Source of the DNA: an uncultured Actinomycetota bacterium
Lineage (GTDB): Bacteria; Actinomycetota; Actinomycetes; Streptosporangiales; Streptosporangiaceae
Assembly (NCBI GenBank): GCA_963843955.1
Contig: CAWJMK010000018.1
Location: forward strand, 648,445 to 712,444
DNA: 64,000 nucleotides
Direction of reading: 5' to 3'
Shown here: one piece after another, positions 47,006-56,686 of the stretch
Layout of the letters: every line of letters starts with the position of its first letter
How positions within the stretch are numbered: the first letter of the stretch is position 1
Program-made: the position numbers and the translations under genes
The notes under the pieces: generated by a model
Database searches by the model: none
What the model was told of the DNA's origin: nothing
The model's input: only the letters and a program-made list of their open reading frames with translations

Positions 47006-47068
47006 GACGGTAGGCCCGCCGCCGTTCGGGCGCCAGCGCTGCCCGGCAACGAGCACTACCGTAGGGAC

Positions 47069-48118
47069 GTGACCGGATCAGGCGCTGGCTCGCTGACAGC
47101 CGCCGTGCAGGCGGGGCTGGCCGGGGCCGGCCTTCCGAGCCTGTCCGCGGGTGTCCAGCGCCTGATGACCGCCTACCGGTCCGGCGAGGTACCGGACGCG
47201 CCGGTGCTGGGGGCCAAGGCCGACGCGGCCGCGTACGCGGCCTACCGGATGCCGGCCACGGTGGCGGCGACAGGCCAGGCTCTGCGTGAGCTCCAGCGGT
47301 CGCTGCCCGATTGGGCGCCCCGCACGCTGCTGGACTTCGGCGCCGGCACGGGCGGTGCCGCCTGGGCAGTCGCCGACCAGCTGCCGAGTGTCGAGTCGAT
47401 GATCCTGCTGGAGCAGTCCGCCGACGCGATCAGGCTCGGCCAGGCGATCCTCGCGGCCGCCGCGGCGCCAAGCCTGCGCGCAGCGAGCTGGCGCACCTGG
47501 CGGCTGCCCGCCGCCGACGCGGGCGCTGGCGACGCGGGCGCTGGCCACGCTGGAGCCGAAGCCGCGGTCGCCGACCTGGCGACGGCGGCTTACGTTCTTG
47601 GCGAGCTGAGCCAGGCGCAGCAGGCGGCGCTCGTCGCGCTAGCTGCCGAGGCCGCGCCGGCCGTGCTGTTCGTCGAGCCAGGGACGCCGGCCGGTCACCG
47701 CCGGATACTCGCGGCCCGCGCCCAGTTGCTCGCAGCCGGCTCGGTGATCGCCGCGCCGTGCCCGCATCAGCTCGACTGTCCGCTGGACGTGCCGGGCGAC
47801 TGGTGCCATTTTGGCGCCCGGCTGCAGCGGTCTGCGGTGCATCGGCAGGCGAAAGGCGCGGACTTGTCGTACGAAGACGAGAAGTACAGCTACGTCGCTG
47901 CGGTCCGGCCTGGCGGCGAGCCGGTAGCCGCGGCGCAGGGCCGGGTCGTGCGCCGGCCACAGCAGCGCAAGGGCCTGGTGATGCTCAGCCTGTGCGCCCG
48001 CGATGGCACCCTCCGGCGTGACCTTGTCGGCAAGAGCAAGGGTGAGGTGTACCGGCAGGCCAGGAAGATCTCATGGGGCGACCCCTGGCCGCCCGCCGAC
48101 CGAGGATGTGAGCCGTGA
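47069..48118 (+). CDS. Rsm22-family methyltransferase
   Basis: AAYAAYRMPATVAA...LLDFGAGTGGAAWA...CPHQLDCPL...WCHF (Cys cluster)...LSYEDEKYSY. Confidence 0.75.
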   Translation: MTGSGAGSLTAAVQAGLAGAGLPSLSAGVQRLMTAYRSGEVPDAPVLGAKADAAAYAAYRMPATVAATGQALRELQRSLPDWAPRTLLDFGAGTGGAAWAVADQLPSVESMILLEQSADAIRLGQAILAAAAAPSLRAASWRTWRLPAADAGAGDAGAGHAGAEAAVADLATAAYVLGELSQAQQAALVALAAEAAPAVLFVEPGTPAGHRRILAARAQLLAAGSVIAAPCPHQLDCPLDVPGDWCHFGARLQRSAVHRQAKGADLSYEDEKYSYVAAVRPGGEPVAAAQGRVVRRPQQRKGLVMLSLCARDGTLRRDLVGKSKGEVYRQARKISWGDPWPPADRGCEP

Positions 48119-49017
48119 CCGAGACTCATGATCGCTGGTACCGCTGGCTGCGTGAGGTCCGGCACGGCGGCGACGCCGGGCAGCTTGAGCAGCTGCGCCC
48201 CGAGCTTGACGCGATCCGCGACCAGGTCCTCGACCGCGCTTCGCTTCGCCCCGGCGACACGCTGCTCGACGTCGGCACCGGCGACGGGCTCATCGCCGTT
48301 GGCGCCCTGGACCGGCTCGGTCCGAGCGGTCGCGTCATCTTCTCCGACATCTCGGCTCACCTGCTCGAGCACTGCCGGGCCGCGGCTGCCAACGCAGGCG
48401 AGCTGGGCCGATGTGACTTCGTGGCAGCGTCCGCCGACAAGCTGACCGGCATCGCCGATGGCTCGGTCGACGTCGTGACGACGAGGTCGGTGCTGATCTA
48501 CGTCGCGGACAAGTCGGGGGCGTTCGCCGAGTTCCGGCGGGTGCTCAGGCCGGGCGGCCGGATCAGCATCTTCGAGCCGATCAACACGCTGATGCAGGAC
48601 TGCGACGCGGGCGTGTTCTACGGGTATGACGTCCGCCCGGTGGCCGAAGCGGCAGCAAAGGTGTCGGCCAGATTCGCCGCGTTGCAGCCGCCAGGCCAGG
48701 ATCCGATGCTGGATTTCGACGATCGCGATCTGGTCCGGCTGGCAGAGGCTGCTGGCTTCGCCGACGTGCGACTCGATCTGGAGGTCAGCGTGCGACGCTC
48801 GCGGCCACCCGTCCCGTGGGAGGCATTCTTGCGCTCGTCCGGCAACCCGAACCTGCCGCCGCTCGGCGTCATGCTCGAGCAGGCACTCACGCCCGCCGAG
48901 CTCGCTGCCTTCGGTGCCCACCTGCGCCCGCTGGTAGAAGCCGGAAATGGCACCGACCGGCGCGCGGTCGCCTACCTGACGGCCGGTGACGTTGACCCTG
49001 CCCGGCCCGAGACCTGA
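48115..49017 (+). CDS. Class I SAM-dependent methyltransferase
   Basis: LLDVGTGDGLIAV...DVVTTRSVLIY...LRPGGRISIFEP. The start overlaps the Rsm22 stop. Confidence 0.85.
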   Translation: MTETHDRWYRWLREVRHGGDAGQLEQLRPELDAIRDQVLDRASLRPGDTLLDVGTGDGLIAVGALDRLGPSGRVIFSDISAHLLEHCRAAAANAGELGRCDFVAASADKLTGIADGSVDVVTTRSVLIYVADKSGAFAEFRRVLRPGGRISIFEPINTLMQDCDAGVFYGYDVRPVAEAAAKVSARFAALQPPGQDPMLDFDDRDLVRLAEAAGFADVRLDLEVSVRRSRPPVPWEAFLRSSGNPNLPPLGVMLEQALTPAELAAFGAHLRPLVEAGNGTDRRAVAYLTAGDVDPARPET

Positions 49018-49379
49018 TGAACGGCTGTGAGCTGAACGACGGCGAGGAGGCGGACGCTGTGGAGATTGCCGAGGTACAGCGGCGGGCCTGGCAGAACAAG
49101 CTGGCCAAGGGCTTCAGCACCGCTGACGTCGCGCTCGAGTTCGGCCTGCTCACGGCGGAGGTCAGCGAGGCGTTCACAGCCTGGCGCAGGCGCGCGCCCG
49201 ACCTCGGCGCAGAGCTGGCCGACGTGCTGATCTACGTGACCTGCCTGGCGGAGATGACTGGCATCGACCTCGACACTGAGGTCGCGCGCAAACTCGAAAC
49301 GAACGCAGCGCGTGACTACCGGCGGGACGGCGCCGGGGTCTCGTGGCGGACCGAGGAAGCTAGTCCCGCGGCGGAGTGA
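49017..49379 (+). CDS. MazG-like nucleotide pyrophosphohydrolase
   Basis: EFGLLTAEVSEAF...ELADVLIYVTCLAEMTGIDLD (EXXE...EXXD). The ATG overlaps the preceding TGA. Confidence 0.8.
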   Translation: MNGCELNDGEEADAVEIAEVQRRAWQNKLAKGFSTADVALEFGLLTAEVSEAFTAWRRRAPDLGAELADVLIYVTCLAEMTGIDLDTEVARKLETNAARDYRRDGAGVSWRTEEASPAAE

Positions 49380-49992
49380 CGATCTGGCCGTCGGGCTGCA
49401 GCGGCAGAGCGAGACCGGCGAGCAGCTCGTAGCTCCAGGTCAGCGATCCGCTGAGCAGATCGGCGATCACGCCGTCTAGCCAGGCCAGCTCCGCGGTGAC
49501 CATCGCGCGCTGGTACTCGTCGTCTATCAGCACGGCACGGGGCAGGCCAGCGGTCCCTTCGACGTCCGCGTCGAGACCGGCTAGCTCGCCGCGCAGCGCC
49601 ATTGCCCGCTGCTCCAGCGTCGCCGCTGCCTCCGCCGGGCTGAGCAGCATGACGAAAGACAGGGCGGCCGGGAATTGCGGATACTCGTTCCGCGGCCGGG
49701 CCAGCATGTCGGTGAGCCAGTCCGCTGTCGCCTGCCGTCCTGCTTCGGTCAGCTCGTAAATGGTCCGCTCCGGGTACTGCTGGTCCCGCTCGGTCTGCCT
49801 GACGGCGATCAGGCCGGCCTGGTCCAGCCGCTTGATCGTCTTGTACAAGTTGGCGCGCTGGCCGACGTTGATGACGTGGTCCTTGCCCCAGAGCTTGAGC
49901 AGTCGCTGCATCCCGTACGGATGCAGCGGCGCGGCGTGCAGCAGGCTCAGCACCGCTAGCGCCAGCGGCGACGACCGGAACTCGTTCTCCAC
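49360..49992 (-). CDS. PadR-family transcriptional regulator
   Basis: LALAVLSLLHAAPLHPYGMQRLLKLWGKDHVINVGQRANLYKTIKRLDQAGLI. Confidence 0.9.
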   Translation of the reverse strand: MENEFRSSPLALAVLSLLHAAPLHPYGMQRLLKLWGKDHVINVGQRANLYKTIKRLDQAGLIAVRQTERDQQYPERTIYELTEAGRQATADWLTDMLARPRNEYPQFPAALSFVMLLSPAEAAATLEQRAMALRGELAGLDADVEGTAGLPRAVLIDDEYQRAMVTAELAWLDGVIADLLSGSLTWSYELLAGLALPLQPDGQIVTPPRD

Positions 49993-50004
49993 GGAACCAA
50001 CTCT

Positions 50005-50096
50005 ACTAGTTCCGAGCGCACTAGTAACCGGGGCCGACGATACTCCATAGATGCGTTGCGACTAGTCTCGACAACTACAGTTGCAGAGCGACTAGT
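50005..50096. promoter_or_regulatory. Four ACTAGT hexamers (three as GCGACTAGT) in the PadR/ABC divergent intergenic region
   Basis: ACTAGT at 50005, 50020, 50061 and 50091. This AT-containing palindrome is rare at 70% GC. Confidence 0.5.
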
Positions 50097-50273
50097 CCTG
50101 TGGCTACTATGACTCAAGATATTACTCGTCGGGCACTCGGTGCGGCGTAGTGATCGAAGGAGCAGAACGAGCATGACCACAAGCGCAAGCGCCCTGCCGG
50201 TCAGGGCGACGACGCAGGCAGATTCGGACAGGCGCTGCAAGAGCGGCGGCCTGACGACCGATGGGCCGGGCCG

Positions 50274-51278
50274 ATGACGGCGTCAAGCCAGCTGACGGGC
50301 ACCCCGCTGCTGCAGGCCCGCGACCTCACGGTGCGGTTCGGCAAGGTGACCGCGCTTGACGGGCTGGACCTCACGGCCACTGACGGACAGGTGCTCGCCG
50401 TACTTGGACCTAACGGGGCCGGCAAGACGACCTTCGTCCGGACCATCGCCACCTTGATCAGGCCGACCAGCGGCGAGCTGCTCGTGCGGGGCCGCGACGT
50501 CGTGCGCGACTCGGCTGGCGTCCGTCGCGACATCGGGCTGGCGGGCCAGTTCGCCGCGGTCGAGCCGACGATGACCGGCCGGGAGAATCTGGAGATGACG
50601 GCGCGACTGTTCGGCCACGGCCGGGCGACGGCCAGGCAGGCGGCTGCTGCCGTTATCGACCAGCTCAGCCTCGGCGAGGTCGCCGACCGCCGCAGCGGCA
50701 CCTATTCGGGCGGCCAGCGCCGCCGGCTCGACCTCGGCGCCAGCCTGGTCGGCGGGCCACGGCTGCTGCTGCTGGACGAGCCCACGACGGGACTCGACCC
50801 GGCCGGCAGGCGCGAGGTCTGGGATGCCGTCCGCAACCTCGCGGCCGCTGGCACAGACATCGTGCTGACGACGCACTATCTCGACGAGGCCGACGAACTT
50901 GCCGACCACGCCGTGGTGATCGACCATGGCCGGGTCATCGCGTCCGGCACCGTCAGCGAGCTGAAGGCCGGCATCGGCCAGGACGTCATTGAGGTGACCG
51001 TGGCTGACCCGGCCTCGATGTCCTTGGCCGGGCAGATCCTCGCCGACGTCACCGCCCAGCAGGTCCGGCTCGAGGCTGGCGGACGGCACCTGAGCGCCCT
51101 CGCGCCGGGCGGCACGGCAGCCCTGGGAGCAGTGATCAGCCGACTTGCTGATGCCGCTGTCCGCGTCGACGACATCGGTCTGCGGCGGCCAACGCTGGAC
51201 GAGGTTTTCCTGACCCTTACCGACGATGAGGCACGCATTCCGGCGGCAGCTGGCCAACTGAGCGGGAGCACCCGATGA
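50274..51278 (+). CDS. ABC transporter ATP-binding protein (DrrA/daunorubicin-resistance type)
   Basis: GPNGAGKTT (Walker A), YSGGQRRRL (signature), LLLLDEPTTGLD (Walker B). Confidence 0.9.
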   Translation: MTASSQLTGTPLLQARDLTVRFGKVTALDGLDLTATDGQVLAVLGPNGAGKTTFVRTIATLIRPTSGELLVRGRDVVRDSAGVRRDIGLAGQFAAVEPTMTGRENLEMTARLFGHGRATARQAAAAVIDQLSLGEVADRRSGTYSGGQRRRLDLGASLVGGPRLLLLDEPTTGLDPAGRREVWDAVRNLAAAGTDIVLTTHYLDEADELADHAVVIDHGRVIASGTVSELKAGIGQDVIEVTVADPASMSLAGQILADVTAQQVRLEAGGRHLSALAPGGTAALGAVISRLADAAVRVDDIGLRRPTLDEVFLTLTDDEARIPAAAGQLSGSTR

Positions 51279-52073
51279 CGACAACACAGGCAACCGTGCC
51301 GCAAGTACTCGGCCGTCCGGGCCGCACGCCGGGCCTGGCCAGCGCCTCCGGCCAGGTGGCGCTCCGCGCGCTGCGGAAGTATTTCCGGACGCCCGGCCTG
51401 AGCGTGATGGGCATCGTGCAGTCGGTCCTGTTCCTGTTCTGCTTCCGGTACGTGCTGGGCGGCGCTATCCACGCCGGGCTCGGCCAGCTACGTGGACTTC
51501 CTGGTGCCCTCATACGTGGCCATGATCGTGCTGTTCACTGGCGGCGGCATCGCCGTGGCGGTGGCCGAGGACAAGGTGCAGGGGTTCACCGACCGGTTGC
51601 TCTCGCTGCCGGTATCCCGGTACTCGCTGGTGCTCGGGCGCACTGCTGCCGACACGACGACCAACGTCTGGTCGATCGTGACTACGGCAGCGTTCGGCTT
51701 CCTGTTCGGGTTCCGGCTGCCGGGCACCTGGCAGGACGGGCTGGCCGCCCTCGGCCTGTGCGTCGCGTACGCGGTCGTCTTCACGGTCGTGTTCATCGTG
51801 ATGGGGCTGTTCGCGCCTAACGCCCAGGCCGCGCAGGGGATGTCGCTGATCGCGTTCGTGTTCGCGTTCATCTCCAGCGCGTATGTCCCGGCCACCTCGA
51901 TGCCGGGCTGGCTCCAGCCGTTCTCCAAGTACCAGCCGGTCACCCCCATGGTCGACGCGGTCCGGTCCCTGCTGGCGGGCTCGACCAGCGATGTCGGTCT
52001 GGCGCTTGCCTGGTCAGCGCTGTTGCTCGTGGTCTGCATGCCGATCGCCGTGCTGCGGTACCGGCGGGCATGA
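51275..52073 (+). pseudogene. ABC-2-type permease (DrrB-like), apparent frameshift near 51480-51492
   Basis: The N-terminus ...FRYVLGGAIHAGLG is in the 51275 frame. SYVDFLVPSYVAMIVLF... through the C-terminus is in the 51492 frame. Confidence 0.75.
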
Positions 52074-52189
52074 CGCGACGCCGACCATCGCTCCGCCGGG
52101 TTGGCGCTGCTCGATACCATAGGTCGTGGCAGGACGAGGCCTCGGGCGGCGCCGACCCGGCGAGCGCTAAGCAGAGAAAGGGAGCCTGA

Positions 52190-53189
52190 ATGTCGAAGGT
52201 TGCGGTCGTGGGATTCGGCCGGATTGGCAGGTCAGCGGTGAAGGCGGGACTGAGCGCGAAGCTCTTCACCCCGTCGGCGATCGTTGACATCGTGTCGGCC
52301 GACGCGATGGCTCCCCTGTTCGAATTTGACACCAACTACGGACGCTGGCGGGACCCGGTCAGCGCCGAGGCCGACGGCCTGGTGATCGGCGACGCGACGA
52401 TCGCCTGGATCGACGCGCGGCAGTCAGCGCCGGACTGGAAGGCCCTCGGCATCGATGTCGTGCTGGACTGCACAGGCCGCGCGACCACCCGCGCTGGGGC
52501 GCAGGCGCACCTGGACGCAGGCGCGAGCAGGGTGCTGGTCAGCGCTCCGAGCAAGACGCTGGAGGACTGCGACGCGGTCCTGCTGCCCGGCATCAACCAG
52601 GACTCCTACGACCCCGCCCGGCACCGCATCGTGAGCATGGCAAGCTGCACGACCAATGCGCTGGCGCCGGTCGTGAAGGTGCTGCGGGACACGGTCGGCA
52701 TCCGGGATGGCTTCTTCTCCACCGTGCATGCCTACACCAACACGCAGTCGCTGACCGACCAGCCGATGAAGGAGCGGCGCGACTCCTGGGCCGCAGCGGA
52801 GAACATCATCCCGTCGTCGTCAGGCGCGGCGAAGGCGCTGAAGTTCATCTGGCCCGACTTGCAGGTGACCGGCAAGGCCTACCGGGTGCCCGGTTCGCAC
52901 CGGCAGCATCGTCGAGCTGACGGTCCGCACCAGCCAGCCGACCACTGCCGCAGAGGTCAACGAGGCATTCGTGGCCGCAGCCGGCACCGGGCCGCTGGCC
53001 GGCATTCTCGGCGTCCTGCACGACGGCTTCGCATCGGCGCGGATCGTCGGCGAGACCAGGTCCTCGATCATCGACCTGCCGCTGACCTCGGTGAGCGACG
53101 GTGATCTCGTGACGGTCGCGGCCTGGTACGACAACGAGGCCGGATACTCGATGCGGCTGGCCGAGACGGTCGCCAGGCTCGCTGGCTGA
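52190..53189 (+). pseudogene. gap: Glyceraldehyde-3-phosphate dehydrogenase paralogue, apparent frameshift near 52885-52895
   Basis: VGFGRIGR...SCTTNALAP...AYRVP, then VRTGSIVELTV...AWYDNEAGYS in the next frame. Confidence 0.75.
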
Positions 53190-53199
53190 CCCTCGCGCG

Positions 53200-53952
53200 T
53201 CAGCCGAACCGGCGCGCGAGCCGCCGGAACGTACGCGGCGAGGTGCCGTGCAGCCAGGCCGGGAACCATAGCCAGCCGGGGACGTAGACAACGTCCAGGT
53301 CACGCTTGGCCGCCGTGACGATGGCCTGCGCCACCCGCTCGGGCGGGATGGGCGCAGGCAGGCGGCGGCCGTACGGCCGCCCGCGCCGCCGGAAGAATGG
53401 CGTGTCGACCACTCCCGGCAGAACGACCGAAACGCCGGAGCCGGTCCCTGCGAGCTCGTAGCCCAGGCTCTCGGCGAGGTAGTTCAGGCCGGCCTTGGTT
53501 GCCGCATAGACGGCCTCGTGCCGTACCCCGGTCATGCCGGCAATGGAGGACACGAAGATCAGGCGGCCGAAGCCGCGCTCGGCCATGCCGGGCGCGACCA
53601 GCCTGGCCAGCTGGATCGGTGCGAGCAGGTTCACCGTCAGCAGCTCGGTCGCCTTGCTCGCCGGCAAGTCGCCAATCGGCCCGGCCCAGCCTGCACCCGC
53701 GTTGCTGATCAGTAAATCGATCCGGCCCGCCTGTGCAAGCGCGGACTCGATCAGGCGGTCAGGCCCGTCCGGTTCGGTTAGGTCGGCCGGCAGCGCCAGC
53801 CCGCGCGTCCGCGCTGCCACTGCCGCGAGCCTGTCCTCGTCGCGGCCGGTCAGGATCAGGCGCGTGCCCGCCCGCGCCAGCGCGACTGCGGTGGCCGCGC
53901 CGATGCCCGACGAGGCTCCCGTGATGAGCGCGACCGCGCCGGCTAGCTGCAT
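53200..53952 (-). CDS. SDR-family oxidoreductase
   Basis: ALITGASSGIGAA (TGxxxGxG)...NAG...YAATKAG (YxxxK). Confidence 0.9.
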   Translation of the reverse strand: MQLAGAVALITGASSGIGAATAVALARAGTRLILTGRDEDRLAAVAARTRGLALPADLTEPDGPDRLIESALAQAGRIDLLISNAGAGWAGPIGDLPASKATELLTVNLLAPIQLARLVAPGMAERGFGRLIFVSSIAGMTGVRHEAVYAATKAGLNYLAESLGYELAGTGSGVSVVLPGVVDTPFFRRRGRPYGRRLPAPIPPERVAQAIVTAAKRDLDVVYVPGWLWFPAWLHGTSPRTFRRLARRFG

Positions 53953-54143
53953 GGCCCGCTGTCGTCGCAGTCCATGAACGCGGAGTCAGGACGGCCAGAG
54001 CCGTGGCAACTCCACGTCCATGAGGCAGCCAGCCGGGTATCCGCCACGTCGCCACAGTAATCCGCGCCTGGCGTGCTTGGCATCCCCGCGCTCCGAGCAT
54101 GCGGAGCAGCGATTGCGCATGTACGTGGTTGCCGAGGGCCGCT

Positions 54144-54542
54144 CTAGGCCGAGGCGGCAGCGGTGACGCCTGTTCGGGCCCAGCAGCGAACGATGTCGCG
54201 CATCGACAGCAGGCCGGCTACGTCGTGGTCATCCACGACGATGAGGTGGCGGAAATTGCCCGCGGCCATCGCCGACGCCGCCTGCTCCAGCGTCCAATCT
54301 GGCGAGGCGAAGACCACGTCCGAGGTCCGGTGGTCGGCCACCATCTCGGTGTCTGGGTCCTGCCCGGCGCCGACAGAGTCAAGAATGTCGCGCTCTGTCA
54401 GGATCCCGATGCCGGCCTGCTCTGCATCGACGACGACCGCCGCCCCTACTCGCTGCGCGGACATCAGCCGGGCTGCTTCGCGCAGAGTATGCGCTGGCCC
54501 GATGCTCAGGACAACCTTGGTCATCCCGTCCCGTACCTTCAT
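54144..54542 (-). CDS. CBS domain-pair protein
   Basis: MKVRDGMTKVVLSIGP...GILTERDIL...HLIVVDDHDVAGLLSMRDIV. The track ORF (to 55019) is over-extended into hisN. Confidence 0.8.
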   Translation of the reverse strand: MKVRDGMTKVVLSIGPAHTLREAARLMSAQRVGAAVVVDAEQAGIGILTERDILDSVGAGQDPDTEMVADHRTSDVVFASPDWTLEQAASAMAAGNFRHLIVVDDHDVAGLLSMRDIVRCWARTGVTAAASA

Positions 54543-54712
54543 GCACTGCTCCCTCCGCCGCGGAGCTGCCGCATCGCATCGTCGCGCCGGACCGCACGCC
54601 GGGAGCCTGCTGGCGGCCCGGAAGGCCGTGGCGACGCACGCCGCAGCGAACCGTCCTGCGTGCTTGTGCGCTTGTGATTGCCAGTGCTGTCCAGCATCCG
54701 CCCGATTGGCGC

Positions 54713-55552
54713 TCAGGGCAAGTCCTGATCCGGGGCAGCGAGCAGGCTGAGAACCTCGGCGTGCAAGAGCCCGTTCGTACAGACCGCGCTGCCGCCGTCC
54801 GGACGCGGCGCTCCGGCTAGGTCCGTGAAGGCCCCGCCCGCCTCGGTCACGACGATCTGGAGAGCGGCCAGATCCCAGAGGCGGACATCCGTTTCGGCCG
54901 AGATGTCTACCGCGCCCTCCGCGACGAGCATATGAGACCAGAAATCGCCATAAGCCCGGGTACGCCAGACCTTTCGGCTCAGGCCGAGGAACTCGCTCAG
55001 CCGACCGTCCTGCTCCCACGTGCTGAGGCCCGAATAGGACAAGGATGCGTCGGACAGGCTCGCCACCTGCGACACCCGACAGGCGGCCGCCTTCGTCATG
55101 CTCCTACCGCTCCAGGCGCCGCCGTCGCGTGCAGCCCACCAGCGGCGACCGAGCGCGGGTGCGCTGACCACGCCGACGATGACTTCGTCCTCGTCCATCA
55201 GCCCGATCAGCGTGGCCCAGACCGGCACCCCGCGGACGAAGTTCTTGGTGCCGTCGATCGGATCGATGACCCAGCAGCGCTGGCTTGATCCGGTATGGCC
55301 GAATTCTTCGCCCAGCATCGCGTCCCGCGGCCGCGCCCGGCCCAGCACGTTGCGCAGCGACTCTTCGACCGCAAGGTCAGCATCACTGACCGGCGTCAGA
55401 TCCGGCTTGGCCTCCACCCGCAAGTCCAGCGAGCGGAAACGGCGCATCGTAATGTCGTCCGCGGCGTCCGCGAGGACGTGCGCGAACCCGAGGTCGCCGT
55501 CAAAACCTGCCATCCCGGCAAACGGTAGCGGCAATCGTCTCTCGATTGCCAC
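54713..55552 (-). CDS. hisN: Histidinol-phosphatase (inositol-monophosphatase family)
   Basis: KPDLTPVSDADLAVEE...GEEFG...WVIDPIDGTKNFVRGVPVWATLI...WDLAAL. Confidence 0.85.
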   Translation of the reverse strand: MAIERRLPLPFAGMAGFDGDLGFAHVLADAADDITMRRFRSLDLRVEAKPDLTPVSDADLAVEESLRNVLGRARPRDAMLGEEFGHTGSSQRCWVIDPIDGTKNFVRGVPVWATLIGLMDEDEVIVGVVSAPALGRRWWAARDGGAWSGRSMTKAAACRVSQVASLSDASLSYSGLSTWEQDGRLSEFLGLSRKVWRTRAYGDFWSHMLVAEGAVDISAETDVRLWDLAALQIVVTEAGGAFTDLAGAPRPDGGSAVCTNGLLHAEVLSLLAAPDQDLP

Positions 55553-55633
55553 GGCAGTCCCGGATTCGACGTCGCCGGGCGAGTCGGCCTGAGTGGTCCA
55601 CGTTGGCGATCCGGTCAGCTGGGCCGGCTCGGT

Positions 55634-56686
55634 CTAGGCATCCTCGGCCGACGACGTCGCGGGGTCGAGGCCCTCTTGGCTGCGCAGCAGCCGCCGCAGC
55701 GAGTCCAGCCGCGCCGCTTCCGCCGGACCGCCGTGCTCGGCAACCCAGTCATCCAGCGCGCAGCCGGCTTCGAGGTGGCTGCACCCCGGCGGACATTGGG
55801 CGATGGCGTCGGCGAACTCGGGGAAGGCGGAGACCACGCGGTCGGCCGCGACGTGGGCGAGCCCGAAGCTACGCAGGCCTGGCGTGTCGATGATCCAGCC
55901 GCCCTCGGCCAGTGGCAGCGCGACCGCCGACGACGAGGTATGCCGGCCGCGCCCGGTCACCAAGTTGACTGTCCCTACAGCCCGGGCGGCATCCGGCAGC
56001 AGGGCGTTGACCAGCGTCGACTTTCCGACGCCCGAATGGCCGACCAGGACGCTGATCCGGCCCGCCAGCAACGTCAGGAGCTCGTCGAGCTGGCCGGCAA
56101 ACGGCCGGCTGAGCGCGATCCACCGGATGCCGAGCGGCTCGTAGGCGGCGATGAGGTCGTCCGGGGCGGCCAGGTCAGCCTTGGTCAGGCACAGCAGCGG
56201 GTCCAGGCCCGCGTCGAACGCAGCGACCAGGAACCTGTCGATCAGCCGTGGCCGCGGGGTCGGGTCGGCCAGGGCCGTCACGATCACCAGCTGGTCGGCG
56301 TTGGCGACAACGATGCGCTCCGCCGGGTCGTCGTCCTCGGCCGATCGCCGCAGCACCGACGTGCGCGGCTCGACCCGTACGATTCGGGCGAGCGAATCCG
56401 GCTGGCCGGACACATCACCAATGATGCGCACTCGGTCGCCAACCACAATCCCGTGTCGGCCCAGTTCCCGTGCCTTCATCGCGGTGATCATCCGGTCGCC
56501 GGTCCAGCAACGGTACCGGCCACGGTCGACGCCGGTCACGAACGCATCGATGGCATCCTCATGGGCCGGCCGTCTGCGCGTGCGGGGCCGGGAGCCCTTG
56601 CCTGGCCTGACCCGCACATCGTCCTCGTCCAGCCGTGCGTGGCTGACTTGCCTGCTCAGGGTGCCTGCCCCAGCATCTGCTGCCAC
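55634..56686 (-). CDS. rsgA: Ribosome small-subunit-dependent GTPase A
   Basis: LTKADL...VGHSGVGKSTLVNALLP...GRHTSS...DTPGLRSF...C..GC.H..E..C. The start is possibly GTG 56647. Confidence 0.9.
   Translation of the reverse strand: MAADAGAGTLSRQVSHARLDEDDVRVRPGKGSRPRTRRRPAHEDAIDAFVTGVDRGRYRCWTGDRMITAMKARELGRHGIVVGDRVRIIGDVSGQPDSLARIVRVEPRTSVLRRSAEDDDPAERIVVANADQLVIVTALADPTPRPRLIDRFLVAAFDAGLDPLLCLTKADLAAPDDLIAAYEPLGIRWIALSRPFAGQLDELLTLLAGRISVLVGHSGVGKSTLVNALLPDAARAVGTVNLVTGRGRHTSSSAVALPLAEGGWIIDTPGLRSFGLAHVAADRVVSAFPEFADAIAQCPPGCSHLEAGCALDDWVAEHGGPAEAARLDSLRRLLRSQEGLDPATSSAEDA

Noticed and set aside
54144-55019. The 291-aa extended version of the CBS protein, overlapping hisN.
   Set aside because: The first 159 residues are Arg/Gly-rich and overlap the well-supported hisN gene on the same strand in another frame. 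CBS homology begins at the ATG at 54542.
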